Positions 11,331-24,879 of a DNA stretch of 64,000 nucleotides are shown here, one piece after another (within the stretch, counting starts at the first letter, position 1; every line of letters starts with the position of its first letter). Both the position numbers and the translations under genes were made by a program. The stretch spans positions 18,538,001 through 18,602,000 of the forward strand of contig OY740799.1 of the NCBI GenBank assembly GCA_963514005.1, read 5' to 3'. A model generated the notes under the pieces. The model ran no database searches. It was given only the letters and a program-made list of their open reading frames with translations, and was not told the origin of the DNA. This DNA is from Raja brachyura. Its lineage: Eukaryota.

Positions 11331-12556
11331 TCTATACATAACAAAACACTGATCTTGTCCTCTTCCGGTTTGCGGTTTTTTCTATTTGCGCAAACACAGC
11401 ACGAGATAGCGCTACAACGTTTCGCCAGCTCACCCACCGTTCTCCTGGGCTGCGAGTGCAACAAGTTTTGTTCCGATCGGTAGCATATTGTAAAAGTTAG
11501 CGAGGTTTAAAAATCTTTAAAACCGCGCGTGCGCAGATCGATCTCCTCTCCTGCCAGTCAGCGCCGTGTGGATTGGTCTCTTCTTCTGTCACTCCCGGAG
11601 ATGGTCCACCCCTTCCTGCACCATCACATCTTTACTGAACCTGAGAATGGCTGGCGGAGGTCAAAATTTTCGGAGGGACCGGAAGCGGCCCGGCCCAGAG
11701 TTGGAGATGTAACCAAACAGAAAGTGGATAATCTGATCCCGGTGAAGGAGAGCATCCACCGCCCGCTGTGAATTTCAAACGCACCGCCAGCGCAATGCCC
11801 AGCAGCTGTAGCCCCTTCCCCTCTGGTCACCCTCACTGGCTCCTGCCCCCCTCCCCCATGATACCCCCCTCTCCTCCATGCCTCTTTCCCCATCTTTTCT
11901 CCGAGCTCTCCACCCCCGCCCACACGCCCTGCGCGGCCGTAGCTGCTGGTGCTTCCGGGCCGAGCCGAGGATCCGCGCCAATGGCTGATGCTCCTCCGGG
12001 ACACGCAAGAAGGGAGCGGAGCGGCAACCTCGAGATCCTGGGGAGGGAGAGTGGGGAAGGAGACGGGATAGAGGGAGAGGAGGGGAATAGGGAGGTTAGA
12101 GAAGTTATGGAGGGAGGGAGGGGGTGACTGAGGGTAGGGGAAAGGAGAGGTGAGGGAGGGATTGGGGGAGGGTAGGAGGAGAGGGAAAAGAAGGGTGAGG
12201 AGGGAGAGTGGGGGAGGAGGGGGAATAGAGGGAGAGGGGGCAGTGGGGGAGGTGAGCAGGGATAGTGGTGGGGATAGGGGGAGTGGGGGATAGAGGGATT
12301 GGAGGGGGTATGGAGGGGAGAGGAGTTATGGAGGTAGGGAGGGAGTGACTGAGGATAGGTGAAAGGAGAGGGAGAGAGAGGTGAGGGAGGGATTGGGGGG
12401 GGAGGAGGAGAGGGGAAAGAAGAGGGAGGGTGAAGAGGAGGGGGAGAGTGCTAGGGTTGAGGGGAAATGAGCTGCACCTGCGCAGTTGGGGGCTATGAGT
12501 GAGTGGTGGAATATTGCGTTGGGGGACCAAGCCTGTGTGACAGGGACTTAGTCCAG
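11331..12556 (+). mobile_element. Probable non-autonomous Helitron-like element with internal polypurine tract
   Basis: Begins A|TCTATACATAACAAAA and ends ...agtCCAG|T (degenerate CTAG), so inserted between A and T with no TSD. CpG-rich against AT-rich flanks. The 3' hairpin looks reduced. Confidence 0.5.
12040..12465 (+). repeat. G/A-rich polypurine low-complexity tract with internal duplication
   Basis: Unit gagttatggagg...gtgactgagg.tagg.gaaaggagag..gtgagggagggattggggg occurs at ~12100 and ~12320. Confidence 0.85.
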
Positions 12557-13498
12557 TGCCCTTTAATCATGTCACTTTTATTTGTGTTTTCCTCGATAAT
12601 TTGTTGGATATTCTTCATTTTTCTGCAGTTTTTTTCAATTTTTTCAGCTGATCCAGGAAACAACAAAGGCACATAAATTGGTTTACAGTCTTATTCAGAT
12701 TTCCCATAGGACGTCTCATTCTTGGTAACACTGTATAAGTGATATTGTTTTGGATTCATAAGTAGGAAGAGATGGGAAAGAGGAGCTGATAAGAGAATTT
12801 ACAAACATAAATGCACCCTGAGGAATCAACAAAAGGTGCTAATTAAGGAGAACGAATTAAGTCATTTCAGATATTGACAATCATTATTTTAATTTCTTCA
12901 CTTAGCAAGGCTCATTGAAGAACCAGAAGAAGCTTTATAATTTCACAGTGCCATTTGAGAAAAATTACTTAATAAAAATGTATTGCTCCAACCTCTACGA
13001 ATAATTTTATGGATTCAAAATATTTCAAATGATTGATTCCATTGTTTGAGAAACTTTAGATTGAGCTCACGTGGGTGCCCTGAGATGTCACGCTCCACTC
13101 AAGCAAATCATAAGGCAACAAGTGGAGTTCTCAGTGCAGGGGTAAAGGAACAAATTGCACGGAATAATCGTGTGATTGACAAGGAGAGTATATCATGACT
13201 TTCCCTGCTCCTGTGTGTTACTAGCAAAAAAGTACTCTGGACAAACTCTTGACTACCATGTTTGAGAGCAATGAAAGAAACCAGAGAGACACCATCATCA
13301 AATTTAGTAGCATGGTAATTGAGGTACTACTGAGGAGAAGTGGTTGATGGGGTCTTTAACAGGAATATCCCACACCATGCCTTTTGATTTTGTCGTATGT
13401 GTTAACTAATTGCACTATTTATTTTATTCAAGATCTCTGCGCTGCTCCAGTTTGGTTTACTGTCCATCCCTGATCTTATCTGTGCTATCAGTGGTGAT

Positions 13499-13944
13499 GG
13501 TTACACAAAAAGCTGGAGAAACTCAGCGGGTGCAGCAGCATCTAAGGAGCGAAGGAGATAGGCGACGTTTCGGGCCGAGACCCTTCTTCAGACTGGTCAG
13601 GGATCAGGGAAACGAGAGATATAAACAGTGATGTGGAGAGATAAAGAACAATGAATGAAAGATATGCAAAAAAGTATTGATGATAAAGGAAACAGGCCAT
13701 TGTAAGCTGTTTGTGGTGTGAAAATGAGAAGCTAGTGCGACTGGGGTGGGGGGGGGGGGGGAGATGGAGGAGGAATGTCAGGGCCCGAGGGCTGAGGGAG
13801 AGGTGGGAAGGGGAGGAGGCAGCCAGGGTTAACAGAATTGAGAAAATTCAATGTTTAAGCCCAGAGGATGCAGACTCCCCAAGCGGAATATGAGGTGCTG
13901 TTCCTCCAACTTACACAACCTCCTCTCTAACTGTTTCCCTACGA
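13499..13944 (-). mobile_element. Short Penelope-like 3' fragment, same young family as 1465-3597
   Basis: 13499-13912 is near-identical to 1465-1871 and starts at the same terminus ggttacacaaaaagctgg. 14-bp TSD ctatcagtggtgat at 13485-13498 and 13945-13958. Confidence 0.88.
13564..13591 (-). ncRNA. Putative minimal hammerhead ribozyme core (second intact copy)
   Basis: Minus strand reads CUGAAGA-A-GGGUCUCGGCCC-GAAAC-GUC; stem II is kept through a G-U wobble. Confidence 0.58.
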
Positions 13945-14773
13945 CTATCAGTGGTGATTGTGCCTTCAGCTGCATTAAGCTTCAACTTTAATCTAATATG
14001 TCTTTCCCCAAACCACTCTGCGCTATCCTTTCCTTTAAAAAGCTCCTTAAACTGTATCTCTTTGACATAGGTCTTAGCTGCCTATCCTCATGCCTTCCAA
14101 TGGAGCTAAGAGTCAATCTTATCCTGTGCTTGTTCTTTGGGATGTTTTGCTACAATAAAGTGCTAAAACAAAATGACTACGTTGCCATTTTATTACAAGT
14201 AACTAGGAAACAAACAAGTCTTGTAAACAATTTGGTCATATAAACATATTATCATATAAACAATGTAGTCACTTCATGAATAGAAATTCTGAGTTTAGGT
14301 ATATGTATGTACCTGCAAGTGTTTAGAAAAGAAAGGATCGAGCAAATTAGATTAATAATTGATGGTATATATCTTACTCACTTTAGCGTTTAAAAATCCA
14401 GGAGATGGAGAACAAAGGTTAAAAGTAATTTTCCCATTTAACACACAAACACTTGTTTAAGTTAACGTGTGTGGAGATTAAAATATTAATTGATACCCAA
14501 GTGAAATGAAAAATGATTTGTTTATTTATGTGTCTGGTTCCTTGCCTTTTTTTAAATCATGAATATATTGCTTATCCTTGGAGAACATCATATTTAATTC
14601 CCTCAGCGGGTACATCTTCCCCTCCAGCTATTTAACTTTCTAACATTTCCCCTAGCCCATACTATAGAGTAATCATTGAACTATTAGGAATATTGTCATG
14701 GGAAATCTGCCACTGTGAAGCAAAATCCTGGTAACACAATTTATCCTATCTCTCTCTTTCTCTCCCAAATTAG

Positions 14774-14932
14774 GAATTGTTGTCCAGTACACCAATGATA
14801 ATGGAGTGACCTGGCATGTTTTGCGTGAGCTGGACTACATGTCTTTCCTCCAGCCACAGAAAATAACGATCGAACTGCTCCCCGAAGCCAAAACCATATC
14901 GACAACATTCCGCTGGTGGCAGCCACAGCATG
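14774..14932 (+). CDS. RELN: Reelin exon 6: [24 protein letters not shown]...TFRWWQPQH
   Basis: aattag| ... g|gtaagc; 159 nt, phase 1-1. Confidence 0.95.
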
Positions 14933-15892
14933 GTAAGCTCCCATAACTTTGGAAACCAAGTATAAACTTATAAAAAGATTGTCTAGTCCCTTTATAACTT
15001 ATACACCAATCAAATCTCCCTTTGAGATTCCTGTATTCAAAGCAAACAATCCCAGCCAAAACAAAAAAAAAGATACAAAGCGCTGGAGGTCTCAACTGGT
15101 CAGGCAGCATCTCTGGAGGACATAAGGTGGTGACATTTTGGGTCACAACATCAACAGTATCCAAATAACTAATATGCCATGAAAAACATCCTTATAAATC
15201 GTTTTGGCATCCTTACCAGGACTTGCACAGCCCTCTTGTAACAATGTGCTGAGTGTACACAGTCCCCACACGATTGCCAAACACAGTATATGTATGATAC
15301 AATCTTTTACAACTTCATCCCTATGATATTTTTGCCTTGACCTATAAAGGAAAGTTACCTCCCTATACATCCTATTCAGCATTTCTATTACCTTAAGAGA
15401 CTTGTGGATATTAAATATAAAGTCTCTTTTTACCAGTACACTTCTTAATATGGAGTCATACACCATGGATACTCATCCGTGTTGACCAAGGTGCCTATCC
15501 AAGTTGGTCCCATTTGCCCATGTCTGGCCCATATCCCCATAAACCTAACCTATCCACGGAACTATCCAAGTGTCTTTTAAATGGTTACACAGTTCAACCA
15601 CTTCATCTGGCCTATCCTCTAACTAATTATGCATTCACTTGCCCTATTGGTCCTTCCATTCGATCATGGCTGATCTGTTTTTCCCTCTCAACCCCATTTT
15701 CCTGTTTTCTCCCCATTACCTTGAACATCCTGCACCCTCCTCCAGATTGTGTTCCATATCTCACGTATTTCTTCATCTTTCCAGTCGATTAATATATTTT
15801 GCTGCGGTGTTCTTTCTCACTATAAAGCTCTGCACCAATGTTAACATTTTTGGCTCTTTTTGTAGTCATGGCTCTTGCATTTAAATTCAAAT

Positions 15893-16940
15893 CATAGAAA
15901 CATAGGAAATTGGTGCAGGAATAGGCCATTTGGCCCTTTGAGCCACCACTGATCATGGCAGATCATCCAAAATCAGTATCCTGTTCCGACTTTTTCCCCA
16001 TATCCCATGATTCCCTTGGCCCTAAGAGCTAAATCCAACTCTCTCTTGAAAACAATCAGTGAATTGGCCTCCACTGCCATCTGTGGCAGAGAATTCCACA
16101 GATTTACAAATCCGTGGGTGAAAACGTTTTTCCTCATCTCAGTCCTAAATGGCCTACCCCTTATTCTTCAACTGTAACCCCTGGTTCTGGCCTCCCCCAA
16201 CATCGGGGACATTTTTCCAGCATCTGCCCTGTCCAATTCTCTAAGAATTGTTTATGTTTCTGTAAGATCCCCTCTCATCATTCTAAATTCCAGCAAATAC
16301 AAGCCCAGTCAACCCATTCTTTCATCAAACGTCAGTCCCGCCATCTCAGGAATTAACCTGGTGAACCTACGCTACACTCCCTTAATAGCAAGAATATCCT
16401 TCCTCAAATTAGGAAATCAAAATTGCACACAATACTCCAGGTGTGGTCTCACCAAGGCCCTGCACAACTGCAGTAGGATCTTCTTGCTCCTAAACTCAAA
16501 TCCTCTCGCAATGAAGGCCAACATGCCATTGGCTTTCTTCACTGCCTGCTGTACCTGCGTGCTTACTTTCAGTGACTGATGTACAAGCACACCCAGGTCT
16601 CGCTGCACCTCCCCTTCTCCTAATCTGATACCATTCAGATAATAATCTGCTTTTGTATTCTTGCCACCAAACTGGATAACCTCACATTTATCCACATTAT
16701 ATTGCATCTGCCATGCACCCACCCACTCACCCAACCTATCCAACCTATCCAAGGCACTCTGCAGCCTCATGGCATCTTCCTCGCAGCTCTTGTGTGGGAC
16801 CTTGTCAAAGTCTTTTTGAAAGCTCAGATACACCCCATCCACTGGCTCTCCCTTATCCATTCTACTTGTTACATCCTCAAAAAATTCCAAAATTCCAAAT
16901 TCCAAAACCATGATTTCCCCTTCATATATTCATGCTAATT
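15893..16940 (-). mobile_element. CR1-clade LINE 3' portion with internal deletion
   Basis: ORF 16417..16911 has LSFQKDFDKVPH, QYNVDKCEV, RDLGV, KKANGML and LVRPHLEYCVQF; 3' tail catagaaacatagg. Confidence 0.85.
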
Positions 16941-17524
16941 TTGATCGATCCGTCACTACTTTCCAAATCACTGAATCAGAGCTGTATTCTGTGAAAAGCA
17001 AGGGCCTAATGCTGATCCCTGTGGAACTCACTGCAAACTGATGTTCAATGGCCAACGGTCTTGTCGACCATTAGTCTTTTCTTTCCACCTCTGAGTTAAT
17101 TGTGGATGCATTTTACCACCCACTGTAGAATCCCATGGACATTTATCATTCTGTTAGGCTACGTGTGAGGCCATGGGATTTCTGTGGATTCATGATAAAT
17201 TATTTTTTGTTCTATCAGAGTAGGGGTAATAGAATCTTGGCTCCTTTGGTGAACTCTGTTATGCACATCAAGAATTGAAAATTAGCATCTACATAATTGT
17301 TGTCATCTGCACAGGATAAAACAGCACACTTCTTCTAATGGCGGATGATAATGTTAAGATTTTTAATCATGAAGATTAAATCACAACTGCAAACTAATAC
17401 ATTCTTGTTATCAGTTTTTATCAATTGTTTATCATAATGGGCATGCTACCTGAATAGGGAAATCTGGAATCCTTCTTCATGCTTGTTAACATTAGCCTAA
17501 CATTGATTGTATTTGTCTTTTCAG

Positions 17525-17713
17525 GAAAGATCAGTGCACAATGGGCTTTGGATGATCTCTTGATTGGAATGAACGATAGCTCACTTACTGATTTTCAGGA
17601 TACATTTGATGACTCCTCTGACTTGCAGCTCAATTGGTATCGCATTCAAGGGGGCAATCCAGATATGTATTGTCTCTCGAAGGACACAGCACTGGTTTTT
17701 AATCTGAATATTG
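17525..17713 (+). CDS. RELN: Reelin exon 7: [14 protein letters not shown]...NWYRIQGG...VFNLNI
   Basis: ttttcag| ... g|gtaggt; 189 nt, phase 1-1. Confidence 0.95.
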
Positions 17714-18344
17714 GTAGGTAATTGAACAGAACTTGCAAACACAAGAACACCGGAGCTGGTGTAGGTCACCTGGCCCCTCAGGACTGCCTTGTCGTTCAGT
17801 AATTCAGTATGATTGTTGATGACCCACCCCATGCCACTTTTCCGCTTCTGTGTCAGTTCTTGTAGTCGCAGAATTCCCGAATTTTTCAAAAATGGATCTA
17901 CCTCATTTTGAAATGCATCCTGTCATCACCTATCCCCCTCAGCCCAGCAGGCTGGAGAATTACAGAGATTCGCCATTCACCATTACTAAAAACATTTCCA
18001 AAGGTGGCACAAAGTGCTGAAGTAACTCAGCAGGTCAGGCAGCATCTCCGGGGGACATGGACAGCATCTCTAGAGAATCTATCCATATTCTCCACATAGG
18101 ATGCTGAGTTACTCCAGCACTTTCTGTCTTTTTTTGTAAACCAGCTTCTGCAGTTCCTTTTCAAAAGATAGTACACCACTATCGACCATTTTCTAGCATT
18201 AATCATAATGGCACAACACAGTCAATAAATAATCATAGAAACATTTAATAACTTTGATGCTTTAGTTACCAGAGTCATTTTAACCCTCAAAATGATACAT
18301 TCTCTCTTCCTCCTTCATCCCAATTTGTCTATTTTGTATTCCAG

Positions 18345-18618
18345 GCAAGCCTCGGTTTGCAGAAACGTGGGATTTCCATGTTACTGCCTCCACGTTCCTG
18401 CAATTTGAGCTCAATATAGGCTGCGGTAGTCAGTCGCCAGATTCCTCCGGCATCCACCTGCAGTACTCGCTCAACACAGGCAAAGACTGGCATCTGGTGA
18501 CAGAAGAGTGTGTCCCCCCCACCATTGGTTGTCTGCATTACACGGAGAGCACGGTCTACACTGCACAGAGTTTCCAAAGCTGGAAACGTGTCACCGTCTA
18601 CCTGTTTCCGGGAACCAT
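18345..18618 (+). CDS. RELN: Reelin exon 8: [12 protein letters not shown]...[17 protein letters not shown]...[12 protein letters not shown]
   Basis: ttccag| ... at|gtaagt; 274 nt, phase 1-2. Confidence 0.95.
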
Positions 18619-19439
18619 GTAAGTCTGCGAAGACATAAGCACGCAATCGGGAATGGGGAAACAGTGGGCAAGACCAATGAGCGCATTGGCCTCGCAAATC
18701 AAATAATCACTTTAAGGATACACGCATGTCTATGTGTGTATGTGTACTTCAGTGTACAGATGGCTTACTTCAAATTTCTTCATGGGATGATTTAGGAACA
18801 GGGAAATTACATTCAATCACTCAAACATGTGCTGCTCTGCAGTTAGATCATGGCAGATCCTGTTTTTAATTTCTTCAATCACTACTGATTCCTTATCCCT
18901 GCCTGACATAAATCCATAAACCTCACTTTTGGCATTTTCATTTGACCCACCCCCTCCTCCCCTCCCCCTCGCCCAGCCAAAACAAATTTCAACTGGGTGA
19001 AGAAGTGTTCCCAAGTTATTTTCTACTACCCTGCCACACAAAGTAATTTATCAGCCATATCGATTTCAATAATCATCTTGACCACCTATATTATTCATAT
19101 ATTTCTCATGACACAGAAGAAGGCTATTCAGCCCATTGAATCTCTGCCAGCTCTCAGAATAAACTCGTCAATCCCAATGTCATGGGTTATTTCCTCTAAG
19201 CCTTTTCCCCCTCACATCCTCATTCTTCTTATCGAGTCCACACACAAGATTAGAAGTTGTTCAGCCAGAGCTGAACACTCTTCTCGGTATCTGCATACAA
19301 TGGTGTCAGTCTTGCGCTTCTTGTGCTTCTTGTGCGTGGTGGTGGAAAGATTGGTGAAAACAGGGCTGCGACGTGAACGCTCTTTCCTTGACCCCCTCAT
19401 CCTCATTAACTGCCCCCAATCCACCAGCATCCGCTTCCA

Positions 19440-19636
19440 CTAGGGACACTTTACAGTAACCAATTATCTAACCAACACACATGGCTTTGGGATATGGGAA
19501 GAAAACAGATTACCCAGGGGGAAATTGACGAGGAGAACATGCAAACTGCATACAGACAGCACCAGAGGTCAGGATTAAAAACAGGTCACTGGTGGTGTGA
19601 GGCAGTAGCTGAATGAGTTGCACCACGGTGCTACCC
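19440..19636 (-). mobile_element. HE1-like SINE fragment
   Basis: Reverse complement resembles the head and V-domain of 9336-9639 (ggagaacatgcaaactgcatacagacagcacc). Confidence 0.6.
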
Positions 19637-19932
19637 TTAAAACTTTGTGGATTTAGTAGTTAAGTCCTGTAAATGAACGGAGTATATTTTGGGTAAACCT
19701 CCCCAAATCTTGCTTTCGCTCCGTAAAGTTAGAGACTGATATACCAAGACCACACTTTGCTTCCCGCTGTTGTTAGCCCTGTTGCCTCAATAATTGTGTA
19801 AAAAAATGTTTTTGGGGAGATTGAAGCTAGGCTTTAATTAATAATTTTCATTTCCTGAATGCTGAAAATGATTTATATTTCAACCCAGCACCTTTCCTTT
19901 TGATGTTACTTATTCATCTACTGTCTAATTAG

Positions 19933-20073
19933 TTCCCCCAGGACACGATTCAGATGGATACAAACTGAATACTCTTCTGGGACTGATAATTGGGCCATTG
20001 ATAATGTGATCCTAGCCTCGGGGTGTCCCTGGATGTGTTCTGGTCATGGCATTTGTGACATGGGTCATTGTGT
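19933..20073 (+). CDS. RELN: Reelin exon 9: [10 protein letters not shown]...WAIDNV...[16 protein letters not shown] (EGF of repeat 4, first part)
   Basis: aattag| ... gt|gtgagt; 141 nt, phase 2-2. Confidence 0.95.
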
Positions 20074-22999
20074 GTGAGTATGAAAGCATCGATCTAATTG
20101 TGACACCGATGTAAGGCAGGAAGCCATTTTCTGCCGCTGACTGCAAATAATTAGAATTCATCCTGATACAATATCAGGTCTAAAACAGATTGAGAAAAGT
20201 TTTCATTATTATTCATTACAGATTACAGAGTGGTGTATATTAACTGTTGACTAATGTATCCCATGACAAACTAATCCCAAAAGGGCATCAGCCACTAATT
20301 AAAGTAACCCTGCCAGTTCATTTTTGCTATTGAACACCAACTTGCTCCATCCTGCTACAATTATAAAGAAAATGTTCATGGTTGACAAGATTTTAGATGT
20401 AAATCATTGATGGGACCATCTGCTGTAATGTGGCCTATTCAAAACTATATAATGCAGGATATTAGTCTGCTACCAAAAGATTTTAATTACATCGCCTTTA
20501 GAATGTTCTGAGATTAGTTCTTAACAATGCATTTTGTTGCAAGCCAATAATTAGAAATTCAGTAACTGGGAGCAGAGTATGATTAAGATTTGAAAAGGGA
20601 AATGATGTACGGTTAAATTTCCATTCTTTTCCTCTTTTTGTTTAAATTTAAAAGTGTTTCTCCCCTTTTACAATTGCCAACTCCCATTAGTTACAATGGA
20701 GGTAATTTTTAATTTGGCCAGTTGTATTATCTGATTCACAATGGATTGGATGCCTATTATAGAATTATTGTGAGATTATGGAAGAAGGGGTTTGCAGGTC
20801 AGTAGATGAGAATTGCTGGATGAGTGAAAGCTATTATGTAGGGATAGAAAACCAACAAACTAGGATTGGGCAGGTTATGTAGTAATTAGCAACATTCAGC
20901 CTGGTTATTTGGTTTACTTGCTTCACTCAATCCTGGCAGGTCAGGATTTTATTTCTTCTACGTTAAAGAAGGCTTGCATTTACAACCATCCTTTTTTTTA
21001 GATGCACACTGTCGCTGCAGAGTTTCAAGGAGCCGGGAGCAGTGGCTGTTGTGGTCTCAGTGCCAGCAGTTCCTAAGCGTTTTGTGACATTGAATGATTG
21101 AATGCTTCTAAGAACAGAATGGATGAAAGGCAGATTTTTTTTTTTATAATTGATACTTTTCTGGGAGTGAAACTCACTTCATCTTTGTTAATGTGTCAGA
21201 ACGGACAATGGCAGATATAATCGGGTTCATTCTCCACATCCAGAGGAATGCTTTGTGACTGGAATAGGACAGTGGGAAAGTTTGCAACCTTTACATATGC
21301 TTTGTTACACTTACATTAATGGTGGGAAATGTAAAATTTGTATTATGTTTCATAGAATTGAAACTAGATGTGGTTCAAGGCTTTTTCTGATTTTGTCTTC
21401 GGATACCTTTTTAGAAATGAATTCAAAAAATGAATTTGTACGTGATCCTAGGGATTCCAGAGCAGCAGGAAGCAGGACGTGATCAAAGCAGATAAATGAA
21501 CTGAATGCTTCCCTTCTCTGTTAGATTTCCTGCCTTTTTGTCAAGCTCCCCATGGTTTCCTGCGAGGAAGTGCTGTTAGAATGAAGGTGGAATGAAGCAT
21601 TCTCCCCAATAATCTTGTACTGTGCCTTGGGACTTGCGCTGTGTGGCACAATGCCTGACAGCATTCTGTCTGATGAACCCAAGTGAAAGGGTGGCTCGTA
21701 CTGCTGAGGGAGTGAGCAAGTCATGTCTCAACAGCTTACGAGTAGTGATTGCAGTTGCAATCTATTCTTGCAATTTGGGTATTATTACAGATTATGAAAT
21801 TGACTGAGCTGCTTGATCTGACAGTGCCTTGTAACTGCACATACAGTTACTGTCTTGTACACAAGACTTATTATTGGATAATATTAAAGAATTCTATATC
21901 AGAGATTTTTCAAATAATTGTTTACAAAGCAATAGATATCACTCCAGATGAAGGTTCTCGATCCAAAATGTCACCCATTCCTTCTCCCCAGAGATGCTGC
22001 CTGTCCCGCTGAGTTACTCCAGCTTTCAGTGTTTTATCGTAGGTGACATATCGGGTTGGAACCTTTCTTCAGACCCAGCTAATCCAGCCTTAACCATTTC
22101 ACTGGTTCCTGTACAAACCTCTCCAGTGAATAGCAGAAAAGAGCATTTATTAGCAGCAAAGACCCAAGAGCAGACAATGGGCACAAGCCACCAGAGACTG
22201 GATGCTGATGCACAGGTCACTGCTTCAGCTGCACCTACAGGAAAGCCTCCAGGAAAACAGCCGATGGATCCAGGCCAACTTTTACAGTGAGGTGGCTTCT
22301 CTAGTGAAGCTGCTGGATCTGCTGATGATTACAGCAAAGGGAACACACTTTCTTATTGCTGCTACTAAGCGCTGTCAGTTGCAGTATATCCGTCGAAAGT
22401 GGCCCCCAATCTTGCTGAGGTGTCCAGTGTTTCTGGAACAGTCCTCTGCATAGATGCCCGTTCTGGGTTCCATCATTTTGAAACCAGAATGGTTAAACAA
22501 ATAGAGCACTGCTGTCCACAGCCTATTGTTCCTGCTCCCACGGGGTGGAGATAGCAACAGAATATATGAGGTGATAAATCGAAACAACAAAGGGCTACTG
22601 ATTGCATAAAGTGATAAGAAAGGAAGGTGATGAGTGGAAGCAGACAAGGGAGGGATGCTGGTCAGAAGAGAACAGTGAGGGGTGGGGATAGGGGGCTCTT
22701 TATATTGGATATCTCCCAGTTACACCCTCAGTCCTAATGCAGGGTCTCAACCTGAAATGTTGACTAACCCTTTGCCTCCAGAGATGCTGCCTGAGCTGTT
22801 GTGTTCCTCCAGCAGTTTGTTTTTTTGCTCCAAGTGAATATTGTGCCTTGGATATTTGGACCCATATTCCGCAGAAAATGTTGCATTGATGATTGGCAAT
22901 TTGATCAGTTGGATGCGCTGATTTGCGGACTTTAGCTTGTGTGTTGACTGTGAGACTTTCATCAGGTTGTGCCTTTCACTGATGTTCTTTTGCTTGCAG

Positions 23000-23177
23000 A
23001 TGCGACAGTGGCTTTGGAGGTCGCAACTGTGTACCCACTCTTCCATTGCCATCAATTCTAAAAGATGACTTTAATGAGAAACCCCACCCTGACCTCTGGC
23101 CTGAGGTTCTTGGAGCAGAAAGGGGAAACTTAAATGGGGAAATTATCAAATCTGGAACGGCGCTGGAATTCAACAGG
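23000..23177 (+). CDS. RELN: Reelin exon 10: [12 protein letters not shown]...LKDDFN...SGTALEFNR
   Basis: ttgcag| ... agg|gttagc; 178 nt, phase 2-0. Confidence 0.93.
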
Positions 23178-24879
23178 GTTAGCAATCTATTATAAATATG
23201 TAGATGTGCAAAACAGGTGTTGGAATACAGGTATGGCCCCACTCAACAAGGTAGAGCAAGTGAAGCTGCCACTGAACACGGTGCTGCCAGCAAGTGAGGC
23301 TGCAAACACCATGCCCATTTTTGTAACGTTAGCCAATGCACAATCTCCCAGAGGTATTGACATTTTAATCTGTTTAAACTAGACTTTGGCACCTCTTTAT
23401 GTTTATCTTGCATTGTTTCAAAGTACCATTAACATCATCGCTTGGCATGAAAAGATTCTTTACCGCTTAAGCCTCTCTAATTGACAGGATCACCTGCTTT
23501 ATCTCAACATCATATTGCCAGGAAGAGTTTATACAGATACGGTTTCATTAACATGAACCTCTCCAATAACCGGGACACGTATTCACTCCCTCTGGGCAAA
23601 AATCTGCAGATGGTGGAAGTCTGAAATAAAATCTGAAAATGCCAGCGATACTCAACAAATCAGTCAATGCTTAGAAAAGTACAGCACCGGAACAGGCCCA
23701 TCGGCCCAAAGTGCCATGGAGTTAATGTGGCATCAGGATTGTGAAAACTTAGTAAATTGCTCATCTGGCCTGCTAAATATTTTCAGAATTTTCTGTTTTG
23801 ATTTCTCTCCCCCTTATTGCTGGTTGAGTTGCAACCACATCTGACAGAAGAATGCAAGGAATAGAATGATGACATAGTGGACAGATTTCAACTAGCACTT
23901 TCAGATGCTGGGCTTTGTCTGCCTGCCTTTCTTTTTGCTTCTGGTTTCTATTGAGGCGACAAAAATGTGAAGTGTTTCCCAGGGTCCAAATCTGGCTTCC
24001 TGTTGGGATTTGTCAAAGCACGAGACTCGGAGAGGCTTTTTGTAATTGTAGGCCATTGGCAAGTGTAGCCTTCAGTGGCTCAGAGTTTGTCCCTCAGCTG
24101 CACCCCCAGAACATAAGCTCAGCTGGTTCCACAGCACATTCATTCATCCACATGCCACATGGAGCACAAAAATGCAGATAACTTCTGCCCATTCCTCTGC
24201 ATTCTGTCGTTCTTGAGAATTAAATGTAATCTCTTCCCACCCCCATTGGTGCAACATTTTTGATAATTGCCCTCACTGCACTTGTGGAATAGTGTTTTGT
24301 CTGAATGTTCTGCAAGGACACTTGTGTCAAGTCTGCAGGCTAGTGGATTTCTGACTGGTGATCACCAGTTTCCCCAATTATTCTTGGCCTCTCCTTCATT
24401 GATTGATTGTTTAGTTTTAGTGTGATTCAAAGGGGCTTTTACTTTTGTAGATTAAAGAGATGTTTATTATTTCTGCTTAAGGAATTGAGTTCTTCAGTTG
24501 TTGTCGACAAGAGAAGCAAGGAATTTCACAAGCATTCTGATTCTTAAGATAATGGGAGACTTTACACTTGACACACATCCGTGCAGTAAGTTTACAGTTG
24601 TGCAGTATTCTGGTGAAGGCATCAAGAAGCAAAGTATTCTGTCAATATGTTGCATCAACTGTGTACACTTCTGATTGCCCCGCTAGATTAGATGTTACAA
24701 AAAAAGGGAAGGGAACAAACAAGATCTAGGAGGATGTTTCCAGGTCTGGAGGGGTTGAGCAATAATGAGCCACCGAATAAGCTGTTTTCTTCAGAGCATA
24801 AGAGACTAAGGAATGATCTTATAGTGGTATATAAAAGCACAAGAGGCATTGATAAGATGAATAGCCACATGTGGAATAG

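Noticed and set aside
11529-12530. Cluster of 64-141 aa Pro/Gly/Leu-rich ORFs
   Set aside because: They arise from GC-rich and polypurine low-complexity sequence in the Helitron-like insert. No Rep/helicase motifs are present.
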